Source: Fistulifera solaris (lineage: Eukaryota). From it: DNA of 64,000 nucleotides. The position numbers and the translations under genes were made by a program. Positions 10,375 to 23,600 of the stretch are shown piece by piece (positions within the stretch are counted from its first letter, which is position 1; the number at the start of each line of letters is the position of its first letter). The stretch is from positions 1,736,001 to 1,800,000 of the forward strand of contig AP026124.1 of assembly GCA_030295235.1 (NCBI GenBank), written 5' to 3'. The notes under the pieces were generated by a model, which was not told the DNA's origin, did not search any database, and saw nothing but the letters and a program-made list of their open reading frames with translations.

Positions 10375-11643
10375 ATGGCCGACGAATCGCCAAATGAGGG
10401 AATTTCATATTCTGATTACAGTGATGACGACGCGTCTTTTGACTCTGAAGTTAGTTCGGACGACAGTTTTAGTGAGAATGCGGGCGAAGGCACGGCAGGC
10501 TCTGATTTACTGCGGGCGTTTCTATCACAAATACCTCCCGACCATGCCGAGCATGTTCCTGTCGAAGCTCGGACCCCAAAGGAGCTTTGGAATGACTTTA
10601 TTGAGGAAGTCAGCACCTCTCAAACGAAAGTACTCAAAATCACAGATAGCTGCGCTGAAAAATACGCTTTAGAAGCGCCTGGGCAAAGCGAGATGATGAA
10701 CCGTCAACTTTCAGCTGCCATAGCCTCTGCGAGAGGAATCACTCACGTCATTCTCGGCAATTCGGTTCTAAAGCTTTTCAAGGAAACTGGTCAGCAAAAA
10801 AATCTTCTGTCCTCCATTGTCAGACACCATCAGGGATCGTTGACTTACATTAAATTGGGATCGGATAACATAACAGACTCTTCTCTGTTTGGTCTCGTCG
10901 CTTCAGCCATTCTGGATCCGCTGAACGAGTACCGAGATAGTCTGAGATTAAATGAAATTGAAATCAGAGGTGTGGAGATCTTGAGTCAAGAGGATGTCAA
11001 GTTCATCTCCGAGATTCTTTTGGGAGGAAAAGATTCTATTCGTCAACTCAACTTACTGGGTATTGATACGGATAAAGCAGGTCAAGTCTCGTTTGATCTT
11101 CTAATGGATGCTGCCCGCCAATCCATTTGCTTAGATGAACTTCGCATCGAGAGGATTGGATGCTTTACTCGAGACAACCTTGTCAGTGCAGAGGGCTTGA
11201 ATAATTTGCTATTCGAAAAAAAGAAATGGTGGAGACTAGCGCTTTGTGGCTTGGGACTAACGGACTCTCATTGTCGCATTATGGCAAACCTTTTCTCAAG
11301 AGACAGCACATGCAAAGTAGGAGATCTTTTGTCCTTGAAAAATAATCCTTCAGTAAGCGAGGCAGGATATGCTGACATTTTCAGACTTTTCTTCAACAAG
11401 CAGCGGATGGGTCTGATAAAAGTTGACAATATGGAGTGGGAAAGGAAGTTTGATCTGGTTCGGTCCATGAATAATCTTCACGGACGGCTTCAGTTTGTCG
11501 AGGACGGGGCCCTCAAGAATCGTGTAAAATGGGTTGAGTGGCTGGCAAAGCTGGGCAACCTCGGCTGGGAAGATGATAAGCACAAAATTAACTATCTGTG
11601 GTTTACGATCCTAGAGAAGCCGGAATTTGTCAGGGGCACATAA
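10375..11643 (+). CDS. Hypothetical protein, RNI/LRR-like
   Basis: 422-aa intact ORF with an acidic N-terminus and degenerate leucine-rich repeats (LALCGLGLTDSHCRIMA, LLSLKNNPSVSEAGY). Confidence 0.7.
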   Translation: MADESPNEGISYSDYSDDDASFDSEVSSDDSFSENAGEGTAGSDLLRAFLSQIPPDHAEHVPVEARTPKELWNDFIEEVSTSQTKVLKITDSCAEKYALEAPGQSEMMNRQLSAAIASARGITHVILGNSVLKLFKETGQQKNLLSSIVRHHQGSLTYIKLGSDNITDSSLFGLVASAILDPLNEYRDSLRLNEIEIRGVEILSQEDVKFISEILLGGKDSIRQLNLLGIDTDKAGQVSFDLLMDAARQSICLDELRIERIGCFTRDNLVSAEGLNNLLFEKKKWWRLALCGLGLTDSHCRIMANLFSRDSTCKVGDLLSLKNNPSVSEAGYADIFRLFFNKQRMGLIKVDNMEWERKFDLVRSMNNLHGRLQFVEDGALKNRVKWVEWLAKLGNLGWEDDKHKINYLWFTILEKPEFVRGT

Positions 11644-11653
11644 GATTATATTT

Positions 11654-12282
11654 TTAAGGGAATAGTGTTTCCAAGAACGTCATCGACGCATTCTTTGTTC
11701 TAGCTTCAGCTATGTCCTCGTACCGGATCGTATTTCGACCACGGAGCTTTGCGCTGTGAAAACTTTCCTTTGCTAATCGTTTCAAGAATAGCTCTGCCGC
11801 AATGGTTGTCATTATTGCCGCTTCATTTTGTACGATAGGCGTATCGGGGTCAAGTTTCATCGCCTTTTGACAGTTCGAAAAGGGATCGTTAGTCCTGCAA
11901 CAGAAGGTGTTCGTCCCCTCCGACCTGATTTGCTAGCTGAAACGGTCGATGATTTCTTGTGCTTCTTATGGCTGTCGCCACCTTCCGATGTCGCTGGAGT
12001 TCCGGTCGAGGCTCCGTCTCCCTCAGATGATTCAACGGTGTCCATTTCATCTCCATCTTCAGCTTCCGCCATAACGCTGTTGACGTCGTCGTTGTCTTCA
12101 TCGTCATGAGTTTCGGAATCTTCAACATTGGCACTTTCTTTCGTATCTTCATCTTGCAGGGTTTGATCTCCGTTATCGTCGACCTCTTCGTTGTTATCTT
12201 CGTCCTCGCTGTAAGCTTCTACGTTGCGGTCGTGACGGTCAACACCGCTTTCGGGCTCATCATCGTCAAGATTATTCGTCAT
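11654..12282 (-). CDS. Histone-fold (CBFD/NF-YC/CHRAC/DPB3-like) protein with acidic N-terminus
   Basis: IPFRTVK[K]AMKLDPDTPIVQNEAAIMTTIAAELFLKRLAKES...NTIRYEDIA...FLE. One missing A in an A-run near 11865 joins the two ORFs. Confidence 0.85.
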
Positions 12283-13019
12283 GTTAAGTCTTCGAGGGGA
12301 TACTATTAGCCGCTTGCTGAGTTAAAGCTAGATGACGGAGAAGAATGCATCAAAATCAATCGCATTCTTACTTGATGTATCGGTAACTTGTACTTACCTT
12401 ACCAGTAGTATGCGGTCGACGTTTTTGATGCTGTGGTGAATGATTGTACAGGGAGAGACTCCGTACTACGAATGCTACAGGCTACTTTGTACAGTAGAAA
12501 GAACAATCAGTCCCGTGCTAGTCCCCTGTCACGAGCGATTGGAAGGTTTAGCTTTCAGCTCACGAAAACGTCAATTTTGTGTCCTTACTTTGTTGCGTCT
12601 TAAGCATCGTTTCATCTATGAACTATCCAAGGTGATAGGTGATAGCGATAGCCCGTTTGCTAGATACTGTGCAGTTGTTTGAGCATTGTACATCAACATC
12701 GTCATCGCCAATACTATGATCTTCCCTTTTCATAAATAATGCTGGTATCAAGCATGCTTGTAATAAGAGAATAGGGCGTATCATGAAACATGCGCATTTC
12801 TTGAGATCATTACAATGTAAAAATTGGAGTAATCTATATCGAGACGATTCTATTCTTAATTATAGCGTTAACCTACGAAATGAGCTAATAATCGCGCCTC
12901 TATAACACATACTCCTGCAAATCAATAGTTCCGAGGAACAAACTCTAAGATTAAGCTTATGATAAAAGACGAAAGCCTAAGTCGAAACTAAGCCAGAACA
13001 ATACTGCGGCCCTTGACAG

Positions 13020-13729
13020 TTAGCATTCTTCTTGGCTTTTTCGAACGACTTGTCGCACTTTCTTTTGAAAGCCGCCCGATCATTGCGCCACATGACCGCA
13101 GCATCCAAATTAGCCGGACTCTCGTCATTGGGGTCGGATAGCATGGAAATCACCGAAACGAGAATCTGCTCAACGCCCAGAATCGGTCGCCAGCGCTCTT
13201 CCGCAGATTCTTGCTGATTGAACTCATCCTCACCGGGGGGATGCAAAATAGAGATGCAAACCTTTCCGTCCGTATATACATTGGGATGCCACATTTCCGA
13301 CGTGAAAGTCATGGTTGGGGGCATGTTGGGAAAGTCCGGGGGAAACACGAGCTTTGCTTTGAAAAATCCTCCTTCATACAACGTCCCATCCGGTCCCATG
13401 ATAAGAATTTCCCATTCGTACACGTTGCTATCATCTACGAGGCCGACAGACACCAAATCGATCGGGTTTTTTGCCAGGTCTTTGTGTACGCAGAAGGCGA
13501 GGTGAGTCTGATGTCTAAAGCTGAGCGAGCAACACTCTCATCAACACATCCATCCGTGGCGGCGATTGATGATATCAACTAATAATTTTATAAGAATCAA
13601 ATGATACTGACGGTATAATGCTCGAGAAAAACAATAGCCGCGACAAAAACATCATTCACGATAATTGAAAATGACGCTCTACCTACCTGTGAGTTGCCGC
13701 CGCAACAGTTCCGTCCCATAATCCGACAT
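13020..13729 (-). CDS. UBC7: Ubiquitin-conjugating enzyme E2, UBC7/UBE2G1 type
   Basis: Exon 1 reads MSDYGTELLRRQLT. Intron 13480-13686. Active site HPNVYTDGKVCISILHPPGED with the acidic-loop insertion of this subfamily. Restoring one A near 13065 gives the typical ending FKKKVRQVVRKSQEEC*. Confidence 0.9.
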
Positions 13730-14570
13730 AATGCCTCGATGATCGATGAGCTCACTGAAAAATTAAACAGGCAAGCACCGATTTATCGACTCGCCAAGTA
13801 TTGATGTCTTTATTGTCGTAGACCTTCGACTTTTGCCGCGTTTGTTGTGGTTGTTTAAAGTGACTGCTTCTACGTCGTATCGAAGGCCGCCTTGTCTTGC
13901 CCCTTGCCTGGCATTTTTTCTAGCTCCTTCCACCTTTAAAATAAAACCGCTGTGTCGATTATTCGTTTTTCATATAGAAGATCATCCGTAATAGTGTGGA
14001 GTTGGGGAAAGTAAAGATTACATTGCAAGTTACAGTGGTGCTTAAATGACTCGTGACTCATTGTATTGGCAATACAGTTCTGTACATTAATTGGTCACGT
14101 CTGATAGACAGTCTTGACAAAAGTGTACCAGTGACCACGACCACGGATTTTGAAAGCATGAGCGGACGAAAAACAAACGTGAGGAGGCCAGCAAACCAAA
14201 ACGTTAATTTCAACAAACAGCACACCCTGTCGAAACGAATCTTTACCATTTGAATATTACTAATTCGCTGTTAGCATAATCACAAGCTTTTGTGTCAGTC
14301 TTTTGAATACAGTTTTCAAGAAATCTCTGCAATCATTACGGTCCCCGTGATAACTACCCATCTTGACACTTCAGCAGCTCCCTGTCGCTGCTCGCAATTA
14401 GCCGAATCATCATCTATATCGATACCGCTTCTCAGCACTTGTTATCCGGCGCAAGAGTGTCGGATTACAACATCTTCAAAACGATTTCTTTCACGAATAC
14501 TCGAGAGATTTGGCTACTTGCCAAAGGTTTATATTTTATACGATAAGCGGTGACAAAACATACTTGAAAA

Positions 14571-15846
14571 ATGGTAGTCCGCGGAGGTACCATCATTAAT
14601 ATTGCTGGAACTACACCAGTGGATGATCCTGCGTACCGTTACAAGATGCCGGCCGTTTTCGGAAAGATTGAAGGTTCCGGAAATGGTATCAAAACGGTGC
14701 TTGTAAACGTGCTGGATGTTGCGAATTCACTTCATCGCGAGCCGGGCGAGGTAAGCAAGTTCTTCGGTACGGAAATGGGCGCCCAGTCTCGCTACAATGC
14801 GGATACGGATCGTGCCATTGTCAACGGAGCACATACGGATGCTACTCTTCAAGATCTCATGCATCGGTACATTGAGAAATTTGTTCTGTGCCCCACTTGC
14901 CGGTTGCCCGAAACCAAGTACAAGATCAAGAGCGACACCATCTACCACTCCTGCGCGGCGTGCGGTGCGAAGGATATGGTCGACATGAGTCACAAGCTGT
15001 GCAACTACATATTGGCGGAAAACAAAAAGGCCAAGAAGGATAAAGGCAAGGACAAAAAGTCGAAGAAGGAGAAAGATGACGATTCGGATGGCAAGAAGAA
15101 GAAAGACAAGAAAGCCAAAAAGGATAAGAAGGAGAAGAAAAAGGACAAGAAAGACAAAGGTAAGGTTCATTTTTGCATGTTACCAGTTGTTGGGTCTTGT
15201 TCTACGGACTAAGCGATACCTTACCTGATATTTAGAAAACGGAGACAAGAACTATATCAAGGATGCTCTTTCTGGCAAGAAAGATGATGAATTTGATGAA
15301 GATGACGATGAAGATGATAGCTCTGACGCCACCGAAGTTGTCGACGATGAGAGTGCTTTCCAGCTTGCTGTTGACGCCACGAAGACGTTCATTAAGGAGA
15401 ACGCTAATGCCACAGACGACCAGCTCATCGAGTATGTCACTAATCAGCAGATGGCTTCGGCTCTCAAGTCTCATGACAAGATTCGAATCCTCATTCTGGC
15501 TGCTTTTACACCCGACTTTTACAAGAACAAGGAGGTTGAAAAGTATGCTTCTGTCATCGCGCGCATCGCCAACTCGAATCGAATCATGGAACGTCATATC
15601 ATTTCCGCGTTGGAAGCATTTTGCGTCGAGAAAACGAAGAACTTTCCTGTTTTACTTAAGCAGCTGTATGACGAAGATGCTTTGGACGAAGAGACGATTT
15701 TGGAGTGGGCCGATCAGGGCCGCAGTGAGTTCACTCTACCGTCAGTCGACGAAGACTCGCGTGCGATCCTTCGCGGCGAAGCTGAACCCGTTGTCGTTTG
15801 GCTCCAGGAAGCTGAGAGTGAAGATGAAAGCTCTGATGAGGAATAG
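14571..15846 (+). CDS. eIF5: Eukaryotic translation initiation factor 5
   Basis: DDPAYRYKMP...IEGSGNGIKT, zinc ribbon CPTC...CAAC, Lys-rich linker, intron 15160-15235, and W2 domain LYDEDALDEETILEW...WLQEAESEDES. Confidence 0.95.
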
Positions 15847-16341
15847 CTTGCTTATTTTTACATGGGGACCAGACCGATGAGCGTATTTTGAGAAACAAGG
15901 GATCGTCTGGCTATTGCCCCTATTTACAGTATTGGTTATAATGCAAAGAAAGTTTATGTGAAACGATGCTTTTTTACGTTAGTAGTGCAGTTTACCAGCG
16001 GCGTCCACAGTTCTACGATGTCTAAAGAAGTCTTTGGATGCAAATTTTGTGTGATGGGAGGAGCAAAACGTGTCGAGGGTCAAAATAGTGCACGCAATGG
16101 TAACGAAGCCTTAAACAGAAATTCGAATAGCTTCGACGTATTTCCTAAGATATTTCACCAATATGACCCACGGCGGATGGTACCGATTAAAAGCTTGAAA
16201 GAATGTTCAAGATAAATCATTTTACTGTTAAGAGCATATAGTATCGTCTGGTTTACTGATGTCCACCAGGTCAAGTCGGAAGATAACCGACGCGGCAATC
16301 TATGTGTATGAGGAATTCGTAAATCAGTGCGCTCGTTGTCC

Positions 16342-17138
16342 TTAGAAAACATCCGGTGGAAGATTGTTTAGGAAATCGTTTCCGTTATTTGAGTGATGCT
16401 GTGCTTGCAGATGATAGCGGAGTGATAAAACCAGATGTTCCAACTTCCTCATTTTTTCTTCCGCATCATCGCGATATTTATGTGCAGCTTTGAGCTCACT
16501 TTCAGCATGGTTCTGTCGCTCCTGTTGAATATTTACCGCCTTTCTCAAGATTTGGTTTTCTTTGGTCACTCTGTCGTGCTCACTTTGTAAAGACTGAAGA
16601 GACGATTCCAAAACTGATTTATCTTTCTTCAACGATTCGATGATACTTGCCTGTTCATCGACGACGCGCGAAAGCTCTTTTGGCTGTTGCAGGTTGTATT
16701 TTCAGGTCTGGACCGCCGTAAACCTAAGAACGTGTTCGCAAAAGTTAGTTATCAGCAATAAATGTTTTTAAGACTCAACTGAAAGATGCAAATCAACAAG
16801 AAGAACAGAACTTATTCCGGGTAGGTCCGCTGAACGGAGGATGACCAGACTACGCCGTGGAAATCAGTACTGCGTCTACTACGGTTGCAACAAAATCGTT
16901 TCTTACCTGGCGAAGCAGTGAATATGCTCTTGTTGCTGTGAAACGAAGGCCCGAAATGTGATACTCTAGGAGAGATATTGTCTGTTACTACCTCATGAAA
17001 ACGACGGCGCTTGAAACGCGGCTCATCGCCAATCTCCATCTCATGACTGCCCGATTCGATCAGTTGCGGGGAACACGAAAGGGGACGCTTTGTGCCGCCT
17101 GTTGGGTCAGCGAATGCTAAAGGCGAGGCTACTTCCAT
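16342..17138 (-). CDS. Coiled-coil protein resembling the C-terminus of plant CUE-domain family proteins
   Basis: Exon 1 starts MEVASPL. Intron about 16724-16906. C-terminus ENQILRKAVNIQQERQ...LRYHLQAQ...PDVF*. One likely homopolymer deletion near 16680. Confidence 0.6.
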
Positions 17139-17633
17139 CTTTGCTGAAAAAGCGTATCAAACTTGGTCGATTATATCTTCTGCCTGATTGCTTTTATTGC
17201 ATCTCCTTTTGTGAAACGAAAGCGTGGGGAACGATTTGCTGCACTGTTCTTTCGATGGGTCTGTCGCGTTCGTCGCATTCATGTTCGTCGTTGAAAGGGA
17301 GGAACTGTACACTGTAATGGAGACTGATTAAACGTGACTCGAAAGATGGACCGCAATTACAGGGTGAATTACGCCGATGGAGCATCTTGACACTCTTATC
17401 TATAGTTCAATTTTTTAACCTGAACTCACACTCATCCTGATACCGGGTCCGGCACTATGGCGGTCTTATTTATTCGTACGTCGTGTTGCTCAACTCTCAC
17501 CTCTGAGGCTAAGGCGACATCGGACAAAAGGCGTTCATAGTAAATTGAAGCGGCGCTCTAACACAGCTGAATAGTCTCTCATTGACTAAAATGTTTATAG
17601 AGTTTATGAAAAGTTTTTAATTTTTGGTTACGT

Positions 17634-20600
17634 CTATTTGCTTGTTGAGGGTTTTCTTTGTGCCTTCTTCCCTGAAAAGGCGGCCCCGATTCCTTTACCT
17701 GCATTTTTAACTCCTGAGAAGAGGCCCTGCCCGACTGAAAGCACGCCATCTGCTGTTCCACTTACAACTGACTCCACGCCGCGACCAACGCCGTTTCCTA
17801 TCGATGACAGCCCACTTGTGATTCCTGATGCGGCCGCTTTTCCATCTCCCTTTAGGACCCCCCTGGCCAATACCTTTTCCAATAAGCATGGCACCTCCAG
17901 AAACTAGTCGCCTGTCAGTTCACGCCTAATGATATTCTTGCTTATGAGAACAGATTTGTTACTTACCTCCACCAAAAACGTGACCGACGCTTTGTCCTGC
18001 GCCCTTCAACACAGAACCCGCTCCTTTTCCGACTAATGGTAGGTGTACGATTGAAGAAATGAGTACACGTTTGACAAGCGTTATGAAGTTCATACGGACT
18101 CACCTCCCGTTAATGTCTCTGAGACACCTGAACCAACCCCGGAAATAACACTGTTGGCTCCGGCTCCAAGAGATCTCGCGCCGACTGCACCAGCTACGTT
18201 CTCAATCCCTGCACCTAGCTTCTCTGTCGCAAAGCTCACACCCTTCCCCAGACCACGTCCAGCTTTTGCGAAAACTAAATTTGCTGTGTTTCCGGCAATA
18301 TTTCCTGTCACACGAAGAATGTCTCCCTCCATATAAGCATCGTCACCGCCATCACGATCGGCTAGGCGTTTCCAGTCCTCGAAACTAGCCGCTGTCATGA
18401 TGTTGAATATTTTCAACTTCATCCTCGACAAGTAAACTGTTGAGATCAATTCAAGAAGTCGATCCGGCGGTCCTTTAACATTTTGAACTTCGTAACGGGA
18501 GAATTTTAGCTCAGCCCTGTCGATTTTAAACTTCAAATGCTGAGTGAAGTAATTCATCAGATTGGCTCCGCGAACCCCGCGGAGAACAGCATAGCGAGAC
18601 GCTTGAGGAGCCCGATTGAAGCTAAGCAATACCTTGAATGGCGATACTCGCGCTCGCTTTACATCGTACAACATTGCACTTTGCGGTGGTGTGTAGACGC
18701 TTCTGCTTGCGTCACGCAATGTTGACTTGTCAAGGACTACAACTTTGTATTCGCCATGTTTTTCGTCCCAGTGCAGCTCTATTTCCAACCCAGCAAACTC
18801 TCCGGCTGCGGCCACAATGCGATCAGCAAGATCCAGAAACTTCCAAGCGAATTCCTCGCTTGTGTTCACGATGATTTTCTCCGATGCGCCGTTCGCATGG
18901 GCAAGGTTAAGATCGAACAAGTCAATCGTTGTCAAGTCGGCGCCGAGTGGACCTCGAAGGCGAATACAAAGGTCGAAAAAGTTTGCTTGGTTAGTTGAAT
19001 CCAAGACAACAGGATAAGGCGAATTTGGTGTATCATCTTTGATTTGAATCGCGTTGATTATAATAGACAGCTGAGCGCGTTCTGCAGACCGATAAGCAAG
19101 TTGTTCTGGAGTAACTTCGTCCTTAAAGACGCGCTGCCAGTCCACAGTGAATCGATGAAAAATTACTGTACATACCGGTCCTGACATCCCTTCAGACTTC
19201 TGGTCGAAGCGAGCTTGTCGGGTAGACATCCAGGACTTCGCCGATCGCGTATCGTTCTGTTCATATCCTGCGCGCCTGACCCTATCCATGGCAGACTCTA
19301 GATACAGATTTTTGGTATCCTCTACTGGACGAGCTTCGTAGAGGGACATCCTAAGCTCAGTCCATTGAACGCGTAAGCGAAGGTGATCACTCTGAAGTAT
19401 TGATCCCGTCAATAGGCTGTGTTCCGCGCCTTCCAAATGGCTTCTTTTCAACTCTCCGACTTTCACTACTAAGCGAGAATCATATGCCCCTGTCGTAGTT
19501 TGCAAGGCAAGGCTCCCAAGTGGTTCCCCGTCTAACGACCGAACAACAGCAATACGAAGACCAAGGCCCTCGACATTAAGGGCGGCGGTATGTCCTCGGC
19601 TGTTTAAACACTCGACTGAAATAATGGCACCCTGTTTAGACGCAGTGCGCAAAGGTGCGATTGAACCAGGACCGATAACAACCTCCAGCCCACCGGGTTG
19701 TTTGACGCAGATTCGTTCATGAGAACTTCCGTTAAATACAATATACTCTGGAACCACGTGAATTTCCGACTGATAAGGGCTTATGAGTCGCCGGTAAGCG
19801 TAAAATTCTGAATCAGATCCATCTTCCCATTTAACAGCTGTGGACTCGACTCCGCCTGAGGATATCATAATATCCTGAAGGCAGAAGGGTGATGACCTGA
19901 CAATGCCTTCATCACCTTCCATTGTTAGATGCAACAGCCTAATTGGTTTGCTAGAGAGTGGTAGAGGCGTTAGCCGGCCGACATGCTGTTGAGTGGAATA
20001 TGCAGCCAACGTGACACCTCCACGATCAGTAACAAAGTGCTCCGATAATCCCGACATGCTTTGACGGAAAGATTTTCGACTCGACTGCTCAACTTCCTCA
20101 AAAGGACTTCGCCTGTATGATCAACAGCGAAATTGCATGAAGTTATAGAGAAAACAATGTGGTTAGCAAATGAGCCGTTGGTCAACTCGATTTCCTGATC
20201 AGAAGGGATGCTTCCTTCAAAAGAATCTTCGGATAAATTCAGGTCACCTTGGACAATAAACATTTCGATGCCACGGATAGAAGATCCGATCATTACACCA
20301 TGCCTTGCAAATGGCAAGACAAATCGCAATGGTTCCGTGAGCATAAAATCGGGGTTCAAGGGAAGATCAATCCATTCTCCTTCAATCCAACCTGTTTCTG
20401 TTCCGCACACGGGCTTGTCGGTACATTTTATTGCTAGTGCAATTGAAGGGCCTGGGGTAAATAATTCCAGCCGAGAGAGGTGATCTAGAATAAACGTATC
20501 GTTGCCTTCACCTTCGATTTTGACCTCTTTGAATATATACGGCATTGGGGATCGAATAGTCATCGTGATAGGCAAGGCATTCTCAAGGACCGCGCGTGGC

Positions 20601-23600
20601 TCCAAAAAGATATCTAAAGCAGGTAAATGGCCATCGACTTCCTCAGCTGAGAGAGCGTATTTCAACACAAATGGTGGGTTGCATCCAGAACATTCGTCGC
20701 GACAAGACACATCTACGCGTCGCCGAATTCGTGAGCTGATGTCTGTTTCGTCCAAAGCAATGTCTATAAAACCAGCTGGCATTGATTCAGATGACAGGCC
20801 GTCAATAAGGGGCGCGACCTGGAAACGGAGCGTCGCTTTACCATGCAATGACCAGCCCGTTCTAAAGTTCCGTAGTAGTTCTGCCGGAACGCTAAAACGA
20901 GTTGAACTCTTCTGGGCCTTTCCCTCCCTAAATTTTTTTCTTGGACGCGTTGCATGCAGTGTCCCCTTCACATATCCCTAAATGGATTATCTTATCTTCA
21001 TCCACAAGGCCGAGCATGAAAGGAATACTCGTGGTGTTAAAAATTTCAACACCACTCGTTAAAAGAATTACCTTTTTGAACGAAAAGTTTAGAAATATTC
21101 CCAGATAAGCAATGAAATCCACCATCATTCACTTACAACGGTATTTCCTTCTTTCCTTACATCAACTACAATAACTGAGCCGTTTAAGAGGGCATGGGAG
21201 CGTCGTCCCGTCCCAATAGCAGCATCAACGTTTCCCACCATTATCTCAGAGCCACCTATGAGAATGGTTATTGTTTTTCCTGCTTTAACGTCTTGGCCAT
21301 AAACACGGAGGCCAGCTGAGCCAGACCTCGTTGGCGGTTTGAACATGAAATAATCAACTGAACCGCTTTCACAATTCCGTGGCTTTGTTGTCTCGTTGTC
21401 AATCACATATTCTACCATTAGCCCTGTTTGATTTTCGACTGCATATGGTAGAGAAGCCACAAACTTTCTTGCCGCGCTTGCTGCAAGGCTTCTCCTGAGA
21501 GTTTTCGACACGTTTGCGTCTATGTTGACTGAATCAGTTGCAGCGCAGTACACGTTCCACATCCGGTTCGCTGATGCGAGCCCCATTAGAAATTGCTCCG
21601 AAAATGACAGGAAACAAACTTGGCATTCAAAATCAATCGCAGTACTTGGTCGCGGACCTTCATATCGGTCAGTGGGCCCCCTTGACCCTTTCGAGGAGAT
21701 TTCCCAGTTCCTTAACAAAAGCTGTTTCCATATATTGCTTGTAACATCGAAAAAATCAGCCCCAATCGACATGGTAGTGTGAAAGTCGAATCCGTCGTAA
21801 GCATTGCATCGATCTTTCAATGATACCCCGTGTCGCACTTTTCCGTTAAAAACAGAGTTGTGCAATGATATCCTGAATAGAGGCTCGTCAAGGCCTTGAA
21901 AGTCATTGATTAAGGTAAAACGAACTTGCGGTAAAGTGAACTGCATTGCTGTAATCGCTGTCGATGCACCATCACCTTCATAATGCTCCTCCGTCGAAGA
22001 TAAAGCCTTCGAAAGGCTATCAACTCGCTGACTTTGAAAGCTAGAGTCTGTACGATCAGCAGCGAGATCCATGGCTAGCTTCTCAATTCGTTTCGTTTCG
22101 TCGTCATCTAAAACTCCAAGGGATGATGAGTCACCATCTCCTAGAAGGTTCGAAGATAAGCTTGCCAGTATAGCATTCATGAGGGCAATGTTTCTCATTG
22201 AGAGAATCACTTCTAGATGCTCCATGGCAGCGCCTCTAATGTCAACAACTTTGCCGTCAAAATCGTCTTTCATGTTCAAGTATAAAGACAATTTCGTCGG
22301 TTCAATCAGCTGCATTGCACTTTCTACGGTTTTTCTAAATGCAGTGTAGCTTTCGAGCTCCTCGCCATGAACATAACCTTGAAAACTTCTTGTCTTTCCA
22401 GTGGAAGTATCGCCTGTCAACGTAAGAAGCGCCTCGAATTTGCCTTCGAATGCGATCGTTTCAGTGTCCGAAGCGATAGTAGACGAGGCACGAGAGGATC
22501 CGTTTCCCCGCGGTGCCTCCGTCCCGAGATCTACGAGAATAATACTGCATCTTGAAGTTTTTAATCGGAACTCAAAAGCGGAGAGATTTTCTTCGCTAAT
22601 TCGTGAATCAGGGAAGGACATCGTACCAAGTTCTGTTTCGATCATAACAAGGGGATCAGCTTTAAGGTGCAAGTCGATGTCGTCGTCAAAACTTTGCGAG
22701 TTGTCATTTTTGAGGTAGTCCAGTATTTCCGCTAACGCATCTGGGATCAGAACAAGACGCGGAGATCCAATGACAACGCTCACGGAAGTGCTTAAATTTC
22801 CCGTTGTTTCGTACGATAGCGTGAAAAGGTCTTGTGCTTCAATAGTGGTGGGCTGGTACACCAACGAACGGTATTGCCGCGTTAATGATCGAAGGCGGAG
22901 ATCGTCGCAATTTAGATTTTTCATTTTTATTTCAGCAGTGGTCCTCACTGTATCTGGGTACATGTTGTAGAATATAACGGTATTCGAAGCTGAAAGGCGA
23001 ACAATGGGATCTTCTTTATCTTCCCCATCTAACTCCAGTGACATTTCAAGAATCGTCAAACTTATAAAAATCCTCCTTTGGGAGTCCACAAAACGATTTC
23101 CTGCGTGCGTTATGTTTGTGACTTCAGAGGTCAACACGGAAGCCCCCGACTGAAGTGGACCTTTATAAAGCTCATTTTCTCTCAAGTATAAATCTGCGTC
23201 GCCAAGGTTCTGTGCTAAAGTAAAAAGAAGCTGTGAATAATTCTTTTTGGAACCACAAGCCCGGCCTTTGGTATGTCGATCGAGACTCGTATGGCCTGAT
23301 CATCACTGGTATGCATTCCATCTGGTGGAACAAGAACTTGTATCTTCATCTCAAAAGGACTATCTTGCAACGCCACTTCATTGGAATCAAAAGTTCAGTT
23401 TTCGTAAGAGCAACATTCGCAACACAGCTTCCGTTCATTTTCGCCGTATAATCCAAGCACAATGTCCCGGCGTACAGATTAAAAAATGTCATTTTATATG
23501 CTGCTTGGGGGAGCACGATTTCGATTCCGGTGGCATTGACCCTAAATAGTTTCGAAGATCCCGCAGGCGTCGATAAATCGACGGCGGCTGCTACTGCCGA

